DNA from: Catajapyx aquilonaris | Taxonomy: Eukaryota | NCBI GenBank assembly: GCA_000934665.2 | Contig: JYFJ02002576.1 | Coordinates: 1-64,000 of the forward strand | Direction of reading: 5' to 3' | DNA: 64,000 bases | Shown here: positions 1-13,575 of the stretch, one piece after another | Position numbering within the stretch: position 1 is the first letter of the stretch | How the letters are laid out: each line of letters starts with the position of its first letter | The notes under the pieces: model-generated | What the model saw: only the letters and a program-made list of their open reading frames with translations | What the model was told of the DNA's origin: nothing | Databases searched by the model: none | Position numbers and translations under genes: made by a program

Positions 1-59
1 GGGGGGGGGAAGGGAGGGGGGGGGGTGAGGAGATGAGAACGTGGGGAGGGCAGGAGGAG

Positions 60-556
60 CACCGGCATAACTGATGGAAATTCAAAGTAAAAAAGTAATC
101 TGTGGTAAAAATGCCGCATCTGGTCAGCAGCAGCAGACTTTGTGAAAATAATTTTTTTTGAGCATTTAGACTCAAAAAAGTGCCGTTTTCAGATTTATTC
201 TGGTGTTTGTTTGACAAGCTCTACCAGCATACCAAATTTCAGCATCCTAGGACCTCTGGAAGTGCCGTATAATTTTGATGATCAGTCAGTGAGTGAGTGA
301 GTCAGTGTCACATTTTGGCCGTTTTGGGAGTTTTTAGGATTTTTAAAGTCGGAAATGAAAAGAGATATGAACTATGAACATGGAAGTAAGGGGGCATTAT
401 TTTTAATCGATTTTTATCTACCCAAATAAAATTTTTTAAGCCACGTGTGTTCACCAGTGCGAAGATTCGTAGGGGTCAAAATGACGTGAGTTGTGTCGGG
501 TAAAGGTGGTCCGGCAGTGCGGTGAGAACTTGGCGGGGGCACTGCCGTGCCCCCTA
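60..556 (+). mobile_element. Non-autonomous Helitron/Helentron (DINE-1/HINE-like) element, 3' part
   Basis: accaaatttcagcatcctag core-like motif, a (CAGT/GAGT)n tetranucleotide run at about 282-308, and a GC-rich terminal hairpin GGGGGCAC-tgcc-GTGCCCCC at 535-554. The 5' boundary is uncertain. Confidence 0.5.
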
Positions 557-912
557 ATGGCCGGACGAATAGAGAAAAGAGGTTGTGATTTATGTATAGG
601 AATATGAGTTTTGAATGTCAATTATGAACATTCTTTATGCATTCTGAACATTGTATCATACGTCTGATTATGCTCACTGTAAGTTCATTGAAATATGACA
701 TACTAATTATGAACCTGCCTTCTTTAGATGAAATAATGGGCTTCAACACTGGAATGTAAATATTGCAATATTATTTTTTCACTCATTTACACAATTTCTT
801 GTCCCTGCTGCAAGAATGACTCTGAATTCTTCCTCATCTCACATGATATTATACTGTAGTTGCCAGTTACATCTCCATGCGGAGAAAAAAAATCAGATGT
901 ATCTACATAGTA

Positions 913-1704
913 CAGGGTGGTCCGTTTAAAACTGTTTCTGCTAATATCCTGACAATCATGCATCCAACAAGACCTGCTGCATATATGGAATGTGAGTTGC
1001 ACCAAGGGGGACAGAGGATAGTGCTACGGGGTACATTGCGGATGGCGCCACTGACCGTGACCCGGGGTCAAGGTCACATTTGTCAATGGAAACACCCATA
1101 ATTTATAGCAGATATTGACACTTCATGAAAAGCAAAAACACTTTCACAGGGACTACATTGTCAATTGAATGCCCCAACAGCGCCAAAAAAAAAATGTTGC
1201 AGATTGTGATATTCACCTCTACGGCATGCAGAGCAATTGCATCATGTCAGCTGGTTATGACCTGCTATGAAACAAATGTTGCAATTACATTACATTATAT
1301 ATCTAATTTGGATTACACCTTCATGTGTACACCCAAACAAGATCTCATGTACGCGTAATGTAATTGCAACATTTATTTAATATTGCAGGTCATAACCAAG
1401 GTGAATATCACCATCTTCAACATTTTTTTTTGGCGCTGTTGGCGCATTCAATTGACAATGTAGTTCCTGTGAGAGTGTCTGTGCTTTTCATGTAGTGTCA
1501 ATATCTGCAATAAATTATGGGGGTTTCCATTGACGAATGTGACCTTGACCCCGGGTCACGGTCAGTGGCGCCATCCGCAATGTACCCCGCAGCACCATCA
1601 TCCTGTGTCCCCCTTGGTGCAACCCACATTCCATATGCAGCAGGTTTTGTTGGATGCATGATTGTCAGGATATTAGCAGAAACAGTTTTAAATGGACCAC
1701 CCTG
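913..1704. mobile_element. Tc1/mariner-type foldback MITE (about 790 bp, nearly the whole element is an inverted repeat)
   Basis: TA|CAGGGTGGTCCGTTTAAAACTGTTTCTGCTAATATCC at 911 mirrors ...AACAGTTTTAAATGGACCACCCTG|TA ending at 1706. TA target duplication. Arms align inward to about 1290/1355. The mirrored ORFs 877+/1498- and 787-/1654+ reflect this symmetry. Confidence 0.9.
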
Positions 1705-2395
1705 TATACTCTTTGTAATATTACAGTTCATCTCATTTTTTCTGATTATTATTTAATAATTTCCCTTTGTAGACTACTTTCCTTTGTATACCATCTGAAG
1801 AAATTAACCAGTAAAACAAAACAACTATTTCGGGATGAATAGGAGTATTCTTACAGTATGACCCTTGTTTTTCCTCCTCCTTCAGGCTTTTCCTTCCTTC
1901 CCTTCTTTCACTCTTCCGAGCACGGTCGGCTCAAGTTGAATTACTTGCTCTCCCCAATAGTACTGTACATTCCAGCCTTGCCTGCCTTCAAGTGCCCATT
2001 TACAATTTAGTCAACTAGTACTTTCCACAATAATATTGCTTTTAGAATTACGGTATACGGATTATATTTGGGCGTTCATTTTATCGAAAATTGAGGCATT
2101 GTGGCTTGTTTTTAAAATATATCATGTACGCCTATGTGATTTTTAGGAAGGTGAAAGTTGTTCAGCCGACAGAGGCTGTCGTTTGGGCTAACTGCAAAAT
2201 ACTGTTATATGCCTCCTTTTATTGCATGCTTCATCATTTTCTTCAGCCTACTGTTCAGTGCAATGAACCAAATCATAAATGTTGTAGCATTACTAATGGC
2301 TAATGCGGAAAAAAACACTAATAATACACTACTGTACTATACTACTGTAATATTAGTGTTTTATCCGCTATATACACACACACACACGCACACAC

Positions 2396-2852
<457 letters not shown>

Positions 2853-3014
2853 TATACATACATACACGGTATATATAACTAGGTGTGTACGCTTGACATT
2901 AAATCCGCATTATGATTCCTATCCCCTTACTAATATTAGAAAACCATATATTACGGCTTAGTTTTTGATCATCATTACTGCATCAGTCCTGTAATTAATA
3001 TCAATAAAAAAAAT

Positions 3015-3195
3015 TTATTGTACTTTTATTGTCATATCCGTGGTCTTGGGGTGGTTCCCAAGGGAGGATTTCTTAATCCCGGGCAGAGTAGGGAGTGCGA
3101 ATCTGCCCCGGGCATGGTGGCTGGGCGAGTTTTGATCCCCCGACCTTTGATTTTATAGGCCGGTGTCATACCACAGTACCACCATGCCCTCCCGC
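3015..3195 (-). mobile_element. Probable decayed tRNA-derived SINE
   Basis: The minus strand reads gggagggcaTGGTGGTACTGTGGTatgacaccggcctataaaatcaaaggtcgggGGATCAAAACtc (degenerate A/B boxes at tRNA spacing). Internal CCCGGGCAGA..TCTGCCCCGGG hairpin and an A-rich tail. Confidence 0.45.
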
Positions 3196-3561
3196 TCATC
3201 AGCGATGAAAGTGGCTTTACTTCTGGGGGTTGGTCCTGTCAATCACGCCCCCAAACCACTCTGATTGGCTCTCCACCGCGATCACGTGACGCGAGGGGCG
3301 GGGGAACTGGTTGCGCGAGCTGGTTGCGCACTGGTCATTCCGACTCTGATGATGGCCCGAGTAGGTTCTCTCAAAGTGAGCTGGGGGGAAGGGTAAAACG
3401 GTAGATGATGGGGAGGTGGATGAGTAATCGCGGGGTCAAGAGGAGTCGGAGCCACGGCAGCGGCGCGCGGCGCGCGGCGGTGCTTACAATGCCAGACCCC
3501 CATACCGTGTCACTTTCGCGCCATCTATTGAGACTTTGAGAGTTATACATAAATATGTATA

Positions 3562-3623
3562 ACCCAGAAGACTATGGGAGCATGTTTTAAATATTTAAAA
3601 CATGCTCCCATAGTCTTCTGGGT
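3562..3623. repeat. Perfect 62-bp palindrome (no spacer)
   Basis: ACCCAGAAGACTATGGGAGCATGTTTTAAAT|ATTTAAAACATGCTCCCATAGTCTTCTGGGT is its own reverse complement. Confidence 0.97.
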
Positions 3624-4002
3624 CAAACGTCAAGATAAAATTATAAGGTCACTGCCATTCGAAAGAGAAAGATCGTGTCGCTCCTTCTTACTACTTTTAA
3701 ATTTCACTTACTTTCGCGCTGGGAGCATGCTCAAGAAACCTCAAGAAACCCATATTTCACCCAATTACGGATTATTTTTTTGGCCTAAGTAATGAAAATT
3801 TTGAAAAACTGGAAAGCTGCGACAAAGTGCTCAGGGATTTCTTGTTAGCATATCGCAATTTTTATATTTGAAGTCGGTGGCAAATTACGGAAGAAAACAT
3901 GAGAATGCGGAGGAGTACTTTCAGACACGAAAATCTAGGTAGAAAGGATTCTTAAGTAGCAGCGTTTGTGATACAGTTCTTTTTGCTCTTACAAGTTAGT
4001 CA

Positions 4003-4074
4003 GAGAGCCGGAGGATTTGAACCCTGGGACTCGAGGTTATGAAACTTTCTCGCAACCAATGAGCTACTCCAGGC
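4003..4074 (-). pseudogene. tRNA-like sequence (CAT in the anticodon-loop position); tRNA pseudogene or SINE head
   Basis: Minus strand GCCTGGAGTAGCTCATTGGTTGCGAGAAAGTTTCATAACCTCGAGTCCCAGGGTTCAAATCCTCCGGCTC has an A box (TAGCTCATTGG) and a B box (GGTTCAAATCC). The acceptor and anticodon stems do not pair. Confidence 0.55.
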
Positions 4075-5635
4075 ATGGTTCTCCGGCTGTTTTCTGAACG
4101 AACTCTCTTATTTGTCGCGGAATATTCTAGACTGTAAAAATGCACGAGGGTCAAAATTGGTTGCACACGTATCAACACCTACATTTGGTCAAGGTTTGGG
4201 TTAATTCTCGTCACAGGTCAGGAGGTGTCAGTCCCTCACGGAGGTACTGCATACATCACAATCATGAATTGGTCCGATTGGTCCCCTAAAAATGCACTAA
4301 ATCCAGGTCAAAAAAGTTGTCACGTCATTTTACATTGACATTTTAAATTTAATTCTCGCCATGGCTAAAACATGACTTGTCATACCCAGCAGAGCGTCCA
4401 TCCCATAGCTCCCAATTGCACGGTCCTCTGACTGCTAGATCAAAGGCACCTCTCAACCATCATATCCCTGACCGATTGCACCAAGTAAAGAGAGATTCCG
4501 TAAGTCCTTCCATCCTAATATTCCAGAAATGACCAGTGAAAAGCCCACGTTTTGGCCCACATCTATAGCTCTTACTCAAAAAAGTCTCTCTGACTCTTCC
4601 CAGAAGTACGACACTCCCTGACAACGATAAGACCTTCCTTGAAACTGGCAAGAAGGAAGTTAGACCCGGTTAGGAAAATCATTCCTCCATATCCGAAGCG
4701 GATGATGAACTGGCAATTACCAAGAGCGAACAAGAGGGTGAGGAGAAGTGGAAGAGGGTCGAAAAGGAGAAATTGGGCTGCAGGCAGGGCTGCGAAAAGA
4801 GCCCCAGTGCACTAGCGTAAAGAAATCAAAGCCCAGGAGGCTCTGTGGAGCTGCAGCAGAAAAGGGGGGTTCCGCTTTGAGTTGGAGAGGCGTCCGGGCC
4901 GTTAGAAATTGGAAGCGCGGCAGAGAGCGTCGCGTTGGGACTGCCGCCCGCTTCTTTTTTCCGTACTCATTCCGGAATTTCCGAATCCTTTTTCCGGTCT
5001 CCTTAATGGGCTCGCAGGGCCACAGGGAAAGGAGAATGGTTATGGCGCTTTTCGCTAGGGCCCCTGGTCCTTCTGCCACCGGGATATAATCTCATACTTA
5101 CGGACCACTATCATGCCTGCGTTCATTCAGGTAGTTTTTAAGCTGGCCTATGGAAAGAGGACTCAATTGCATAGGCATCCCGCTTGGTGGAGTCTAATTT
5201 TATTCATATAAGTTGCATTTTGGTACAAATTTTAGGGAGTGAGGAATTGGGGGCAGTCGTGGTGAAATATGCAAGAGAGGTCTGTCTGCCTTAGTGGTTT
5301 GGTGCTTGAGGGCTGCCAGGTTTAACTTTAACAAAGGTATCAATGTACGTTAATATTTAGGGGAAGAAGTGGTCCAGCATTAATAAGGCCAACTGGCGAC
5401 CTGTATCGGACCCCGTACTAGCAGGACAGTTCATTCCACTATACTGTATATTTCAGAAGCCATGCTGTGAGTTTCTGCTCTCTTGCTCTTCTTTCACCCT
5501 TTGTAGAAACATTTGAGGAAATAGTCATAAATAATGAAGCAATCGGGAAGCTTCGAAATCTCATATCTCGAATTACAGGCCTACCAATGTGACTCGTTCT
5601 GAATTTCAGGTCACACACACACACACACACACACC

Positions 5636-5900
5636 CACGTTATAAAGTGCTATCCTTGTGAGGGTCTGGCAAAAATAAAAATTTAAAACTAACCTAACCT
5701 AACCTAACCTACAAAATACACACGAAATTTTGGTGACCTATTTTTTCACAGTAAAAAGGAGGTCTTGGTTTGATTTTCCGCCATCCTTGTGAGGACTGTG
5801 TACGTTATGAGGGCCTGAAAAAAGTCCTCGTAAGGTTTTCGGTCCTCACAAGGATAGGAAACTTGCGAAAAATATCCTCACAAGGATAGCAATGTCTGAC
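5636..5900. mobile_element. Second short TIR element inserted in (CA)n, with an internal (CCTAA)n array
   Basis: TGCTATCCTTGTGAGG (5648) / CCTCACAAGGATAGCA (5876-5891) inverted repeat. Further CCTTGTGAGG/CCTCACAAGG copies inside. (CTAAC)n at about 5688-5711. CA-repeat flanks on both sides. Confidence 0.7.
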
Positions 5901-6564
5901 CACATATACACACCTACACATCCAAGCCTTGCTGCAAACCAACTATTGAAAGCTTAGTTTCGTGGCAACAATTGACAGTAAACCGAGAAGACATCGTTTT
6001 AAAATGTATTGCAATTTTATGTAGTGTAAAACTATTTGATGGCATTCACAAGCTGACCATAATAATTTCATAACAATCCAGGTAATATTCATCACAACAT
6101 TGTCGCGCTTTTCTTCCATATCACTCTTATTGCAGCAGTTCAATTTCCATAAATTATCTGTTGTTCCAAACAGTTACCTGGTACACCTAGCAATGACACG
6201 ACTGTCATAAATCGGTGTCATATACGTATGTGGATGTGTTCTCCACAGGAGTGAATAATTATTTAGAAAGTAGAAAGCATTGACAAGAGACGTCTGTCCG
6301 AAAGAGATCTCGTTTTTCTCCTTTGGGTTTCGTTTCCTCGGCAACATTGCGAGAAAATCAAATCATGATTCGATTTGACCTGATCTGGATTCCTCCGTGA
6401 TTTCATTTCACAGTTCGTTATAGCTCAATGATTGGTTTCAATTGGCTCATTATTTGGACAGAAACGAGATACCGATCCTAAGAAGTATACCTCCCCCCCC
6501 CCNCCCCCCCCCCAAAAAAAAAACCGATGACTATTGACAGCCGTACTTACTCTCTCCCAAACAG

Positions 6565-6700
6565 CACGAGCTCTCTCACAGCAAGCAAGTGGTCCTGAAC
6601 AACGTGAATCTGAAATCGGCCGGGATTTACAAGTGCGAAGTCAACGCCGAAGCTCCCAGCTTCGATTCGGTCAATGGCCAAGGAAGGATGACCGTCGTCC
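6565..6700 (+). CDS. beat: Beat-like Ig-superfamily gene, internal exon A (C-terminal half of Ig domain 1)
   Basis: Acceptor tctctcccaaacAG|6565 and donor 6700|GTAAGT. Translates HELSHSKQVVLNNVNLKSAGIYKCEVNAEAPSFDSVNGQGRMTVV, containing the GxYxCEVxxEAPxF motif characteristic of Beat proteins. Phase 0 in, phase 1 out. Confidence 0.92.
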
Positions 6701-7992
6701 GTAAGTACCAATCTTTGACTAAATTTACCCGCACTCCATTTGTACCGCACCAGATCAGTCCATTTGCCACCCCTGCTCTTGAATCCAGGGAGCATTACAG
6801 GCTTACTCCTTATTTCCGGGGATCCTGTCCTGTCCTTGGCCCCAGTCCAGTTATTTCGGGTTCTGTAACAGAGCCCCGGTTCCATAGGTGGGCATGATTC
6901 TCGAACCAACGACGCGGACCAATTATATGGTCAATGGAACGCCGGTTCATTTAGAGCTGCATCCGGACTCGCAAAATCCGGCGTGGAGTGATTACGCTTC
7001 CTTTCCCTATACCTCCCTCCCCCCATTCCCTCGCTCCCTTGCTCCCTACCCCGCCTTCCGCCCCTTTCCGATGAAGGCTTTAATGCTCTCATTAGTCCCT
7101 GGCAACGCCTTAGACGAGAAAAAGGTATTCGAGACGGAAGGAGGGTTAATTGCTCTGGCAACACTTGAATACAAAATGTTGAGATTGCCTTTACGTAGGA
7201 CGCAAGGTTTCTTCTTTAGTGTGCCGCACTTTAGAGAGGTGCCTCTTGCCAACTACTCTACATGCACCGGCAGCTGGGCAGATCAATATAGGCGGGGAGG
7301 GTGCAGGTGGGGACCGTGGTTGGACTGGGGGGGAGGGGGGAGGGAGGGTGAGTCTACGGTATATAGTAATAAAATGCTGTGACACGGACCTGCGACTAGT
7401 AATATCCTCTGAGAAAACCTTGTAAACGCCTAAACACACTTCGAAATAGAGGCTTTGCCTTAGAGATATGCATAAAACAGACACGGTCTGCCGCTCCTCA
7501 ACAAGAGCTTGCCTAAATATCTGAATATTCCAGGCCCAACTGGAAATGCACTCGCTGACTTAATAGTGTATGTCTCACATTTCTAACAGAATTCAGATTC
7601 TCCCAACTCTACCAAAGCAGCTAGGATCATATCCTGCATACCAATATTAATGCTATTCATTGTTGGTAATATTACCCCGAGCAACTAGTAGCAGGTACCA
7701 TACAGGTGTTACTCGATAGCTCCATGAAGCAAGTTTTGCTCGCTTCCATTTCTCCCACTTTTTTGGGCAATTGGACATGCCGTAACTCCAGTCATCCTTT
7801 CAAATGTGAACAGATGATCCCCAATTCAGGCGGGACTTTAGATATTCGTGCGTCGCCTCGAGGGATCCGAATCCCGCACCACCTTAAAGCTCCGGCTATC
7901 AAGTGGCCTTTGAGTCCATTTACAAGCAAATACCGGACGATCCCCATCCGAATGAGGTTGAAGGTGATGAGAGGTCAGAAGATCCTAGGGTT

Positions 7993-8635
<643 letters not shown>

Positions 8636-11600
8636 TTGGGAGGGAGGGTGAGGGGGAAGAGGGGGGGACCTCCCATGGTGGATCTTCTACCAGCTCCTTC
8701 CATGGCCCCACCGAGGGCAATCTTTGTTCAGGCATGGCCACATCTCCTCAGCTTCTGCGCGCAGTTCTTCCTTCCAGGCTGCACGAGGTGTCCCGCAGGA
8801 GTTTTGTCACCTGGGTTGCTATCCGGCACATTTTAGGGGCCTACATTCCATTAACTACGGCAATTTTCTCGTCCTCAAAAATAATTTGGTGGTGTCGCTC
8901 AATTTTGATGCATTCCCCAGTAGACCAATATCAAAACTCGATTTATTAAATTAAGAAATTATATACATTTGCAATCATGCATCAGGAATTGCATCGAATA
9001 ATTATATGAAACATTGTCGCGATGATCGTGTGAGTAACTTCCAAGACCAATATCACGAGTCAGGTTTTAGTTAGAAATTTTCTAATATTCATTTGCGAAA
9101 ATGTAATGAACAGTTCAAAGTTCAGCTAAACGACCATTCTCTCCCTGCTTAAGCGGACCGTGGGGATTCCATCTCACGGTGTTATTTTTCGCGCGGAAAT
9201 TTTAACTGCACACCGGAACACTCCATACGGTACGTTTTTTTTAAAGGTATAAAGTGAGCCTTCCGAATCGATTTGGAAAGTTGCTTGGCATACTGTTGGA
9301 ACAGGATCTGAGAATGAAAAAAGGAGGCAACGCACCGCAATTCTTCCTCACTGGGTCGGAAGCTCCAAATGTCCTATTCCTGGCGATGCTTGTCATATTC
9401 CGATGAGAAAACTCGTATTTAATGGCCGTGTTAAATTCTGGGAAAAAGTGCTTCCCTGTGCGGTTCCTTCCGGAGAGTCTACCACACCCGGATTATGGCT
9501 CCATATTTTCCACGCAAGAGAGAGAAACTGTTAAATATGATTAGAGGCCCCCTTGGTTTCTTGAAGCGAACACCTGTACTGTTTCCCAGTTTTTCTTGGA
9601 AAGGTTATATAATGTATGTGAATAATTGTATCGTCTGCGTTGTACGTGTGTGCTCCTTCCACATCAGGACAATCCACCCGCATGTCTTCTGTTGGTGACA
9701 GCGGTTAGCGCTAGACTGCATATTTCCAACATCCTCCTGTGCTTCGCTATACTGAAAGTAACTTACAGTCCGTACGGTACGCGACAGAAAATTTAGACCC
9801 GGACAAGCATCTCCATAGAGAGACTGTAGCCAAAATTTAGCATTTTGACCGTATAAGCAGTGCAGTTCAGAAGCAGTTTCTCTAGGAAAATTTGTGCGTG
9901 CAGTATTATAAGCTTACAACTTATAACTGTTATAAGCAATTCAAAAAAGCTGTCAAAATCTTTGTCATCGAGGAATAAAGCTTACTTTAAATACTGTATT
10001 ACCCACATTTTCCTTTTCCCTATTGCCAAGAAACTAGTACAATTGATCGAATACTGTACAAGCCCATTCAAAAGAGCTATTACCGATATGTCCCCCAAGC
10101 AAGCCAATGGCTAAGACCTGGGTAAGCAATAAATTCAAAAATATATAATATTTTTGATGTGTAACATTTTACTAACCGAATAAGTGGTCGCTTTTAAAAT
10201 CGTCTCGAATAAGAAAGACCATGTCCGTAAACGTTTCTCTTTACTGAAAACTATAGGTAATAGGCTCTACTGTTAGGTAAGCACTTTCCTCAATTCAATT
10301 CGTAACCAAATATGCCACTAACGACCTAGGCATAATTTATCTCCTCCACTTTCTCCTCCGAGAATCACTTACCTCGTAACGACTGGCCAAGGCAGCCCGT
10401 CTCATATACAATTTAATAACCTGAGACCCTATCCTACTTGTTGCTGCTGATAAAAATAAATCATGGACCCTAAGTAAGCCTATATCCGCCACCCATCTTG
10501 CTGGAACAGATACTAATACCCTTTCTCTCAGAATCGAGTAGATAAAATACGGCGTTTGGATAGCATTAATATCCCATGACGTCACGTCCGGCCAAAGGGC
10601 CCTAAAAATTCATACCCTTTCGCTTGAAGATGACAGGTGAATTTGTATTCCCCCAGCCCGAGGCGCGAAAGAAGACCCCGCCTTCTATCCCTGTGATTTG
10701 TTTCAAGCCCGCCCAAATGAGGGCAACCCTGGCTCGAAAAAGGTGGCACCCACCATGCACTTTACGTTCCCTAGTCCGAAAACCCCCCAATTAAAATATT
10801 GCCTTCACGCCCGATGGCTATTTATCCTTGCGTGGAGTGAGAGACTGAAAAGCCCCCCCACTTCCACTTTGCATTTCCTCTTAACCCTAGGCTTCTCCTA
10901 TAGCCTTTGCACCTCGACTCACCGCATAAGGTGAGCTACCACTTGAAATAACAAGTAGCGTCCTTCGCACACGCACACAAAAACAAGTTGTGGGGGTGGC
11001 CTGCCTGCTGCTAATTGCTGTTTTCGTTCGTGGAAGGAAATTAGCTGGCACTTGAAGATTCGCTGGATAAAACAGGGGGGGCTTGGATTTCCTACGCGGT
11101 ACGGTTCATAGAAGGCTTTTCTGGACGTACACTACCTGCTGCATTTTGCTGGTTAGCCTCTACCCAGACGGGGAAATCCCGTTACAACCAGGGGACGTGC
11201 TTCGTTTGTTTCTTGCCGGCGTGTGGCACATCGCGGCTACCGAAAGCTTTAACTGGCTTCACGCGCTCGCGAATTTGCAAAACTAGTTGTGGACACTTCA
11301 ATTCGTGGAACGGCTCGGGGAAGAAACATGGCTAGGCCATAAATCCTCTGTACCGTTGCGCCTAATTGAAAAATCCGACCACAGTCGTCCACGTGCAGCG
11401 ACCGGTGTCCAGCGTGCCGGTTGGTACGTGTTGTGAATAATTATCGCTTCGTTTGGTATGCAGGTATCAGGGAGAAAAAAATAGGTTTTTTGAAAGTGCA
11501 TATCCGTGAATTTTGCACGTGACCACAAAGTAGATATTGCCCTTTCGATTAGGAGATGCATAGTGCATAACCCGTGCAGTAAGCTAAGTCGAATTACTCG

Positions 11601-12376
11601 AACTGTCTGACGAGACTCAATTTGTGTTTCCCACCACAACAAAGTGAGGACCAAATTCCCATGCCAAATCCAAGGCACCGCGTATAATCCGATTATTAAT
11701 TCAGATATTCATGACAATCGGTTAAAGTGGAAAACATGGAGCACATTTACATGGTTCGTGCCGAATTTTGGAAAAGTGCACTCTCTGGTAGCTGGTTATT
11801 CTGACAATGTTTTTGGCGAATTTCAAGCGGGACAAGTCGGACCTAATTGACTTGTTCCCAATCTCAATTTATGAGCAGAACTTGAATGTCACGAATCGTA
11901 AATGATTCGAACAAAACGCTAGAGAAAAAAAGGTCCATTTTTTTTTTTTGGTGAGAGCCGTAAAGTTCCTCTTTTTCAACCCCAATATCTGACGTTCGAA
12001 GGCGTTTCCACTCAACTGTACATGACTTTATTGAAACCAGACGACACAAAATCGATTTCTTTTAAGAAATTTAGGAACCCGTCCAATTTCATCAGGTTCA
12101 TCCTAAGTCGCACGTGTTTTTGGCGACACTTTTTCTTCCCTTTTATACCCATGTTTCCTTCTTGAAAAAAAAAATAAATCACCAGTGGAAAGTAGAAACA
12201 TAGCAACAGACGTTGTCACAAAAATGATTTATCCACCTGCCACATGTTCTGCATGTGACAAACAGGGCTGAATTTTTTGGTTAAGTGTGACTCCTTTATG
12301 CGCTGAAATGCAACAGGGTGTTTCTAAAGTTCTACTGCAAACGTACATGTAACGAAACAAAATTGAGCATGCATTA

Positions 12377-13575
12377 CACTAATACGCAAGGTTTTGTTGT
12401 TTTGAAATGGATATGTCTATCTGAACGGATTTTCTCTGCAGATTAAGAAAATGACATTGAAAATCTCCTACCACGTCAAGTTTTCGAGTTACAGGGTGTG
12501 TCATAAATTCACTTGGGTATGTCCAGCGCGTGACGTGGATGGAGTTGACATACAGCAACGTCCTTACACCACATTGTTGTGACACTCATCCTTGTTTGAT
12601 TCCGATTTAACTGGGAGTTATGCACCTCAGAATGTGTAAAAGTGTGGGTCGGAGGTGCATATCGGTGAACTTGCGGGCATCAAATAAAATCATAATTATG
12701 TAATTAATCGAGATAACATTAATTGTGATATTGTACGAAGAGTAGGTGGCGATGCTCTATCATATTCCATCATCTAATAAAGTGCACGACAATTCTAGAT
12801 GGATCAGGAGCGTTTGAAAGATACCCCCACCCATGCACAAAATGTGTAGTGTTGCATACGAGGGTTGAGTTAAAAGTCATGGCGCGTATTTTTTTATCCG
12901 AAAACGGTAACACATACAGAGATGACCTTTGCTGAGTTTTGAAGATCCGGCGATCACAATTCTTTCTGGCATATAGATGTCGCCCATATCGCGAGGGGGG
13001 TGGGGAAACAAAGGGGGAATGTGACCCCCTCCCCCCACCGCACCATCGCATCGGCGTCGCCCGTACATTGCGCCTTCCCGATAAATTGCCTTTTGTGCAT
13101 GGGTGGGGGTATCTTTCAAACGCTCCTGATCCATCTAGAATTGTCGTGAACTTTATTAGATGATGCCATATGATAGAGCATCGCCACGTACTCTTCGTAC
13201 AATATCACAATTAATGTTATCTCGTTTAATTACATAATTATGATTTTATTTGATGCCCGCAAGTTCACCGATATGCACCTCCGACCCACATAACTCCCAG
13301 TGGAATGATGCAATCGGAATCAAACTTGGTGGCAGTAACAAGGATGAGTGTCACAACAATATGGTGTAAGGACGTTGCTGTAGGTCAACTCTATCCACGT
13401 CACGCGCTGGACATGTGGACATACCCACGTGAATTTATGACACATCCTGTAACTCGAAAACTTGACGTGGTAGGAGATTTTCAATGTCATTTTCGTAATC
13501 TGCAGAGAAAATCGTTTTGGATACACCTGTTTATTTCATAACAACAGAAAAAAAGTCAAAAAATGTAGATCAGTG
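12377..13575. mobile_element. Long foldback MITE (about 1.2 kb; about 460-bp inverted arms, about 250-bp spacer), Tc1-like TA|CACT ends
   Basis: About 12390-12842 is the reverse complement of about 13091-13545 (e.g. gtgggtcggaggtgcatatcggtgaacttgcggg / cccgcaagttcaccgatatgcacctccgacccac). Mirrored ORFs 12379-/13305+ and 12770-/12939+. Termini are degenerate. Confidence 0.85.

Noticed and set aside
787..1842. Apparently duplicated ORFs on opposite strands (also about 12379-13541 and 46249-46778)
   Set aside because: Mirror images from foldback MITE arms, with no protein-like motifs.
4003..4074. Functional tRNA-Met gene
   Set aside because: The acceptor and anticodon stems cannot pair; kept only as a pseudogene or SINE head.
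6701..6897. ORF continuations beyond the Beat exon donors (also after 14457, 22680 and 25001)
   Set aside because: Similarity to Beat stops exactly at consensus GT donors; the remainder is intron read-through.
8724..8860. Faint resemblance to a DIRS tyrosine-recombinase C-terminus (..FQAARGVPQEFCHLGCY)
   Set aside because: A single weak motif without the catalytic HxxR; cannot be supported without a search.
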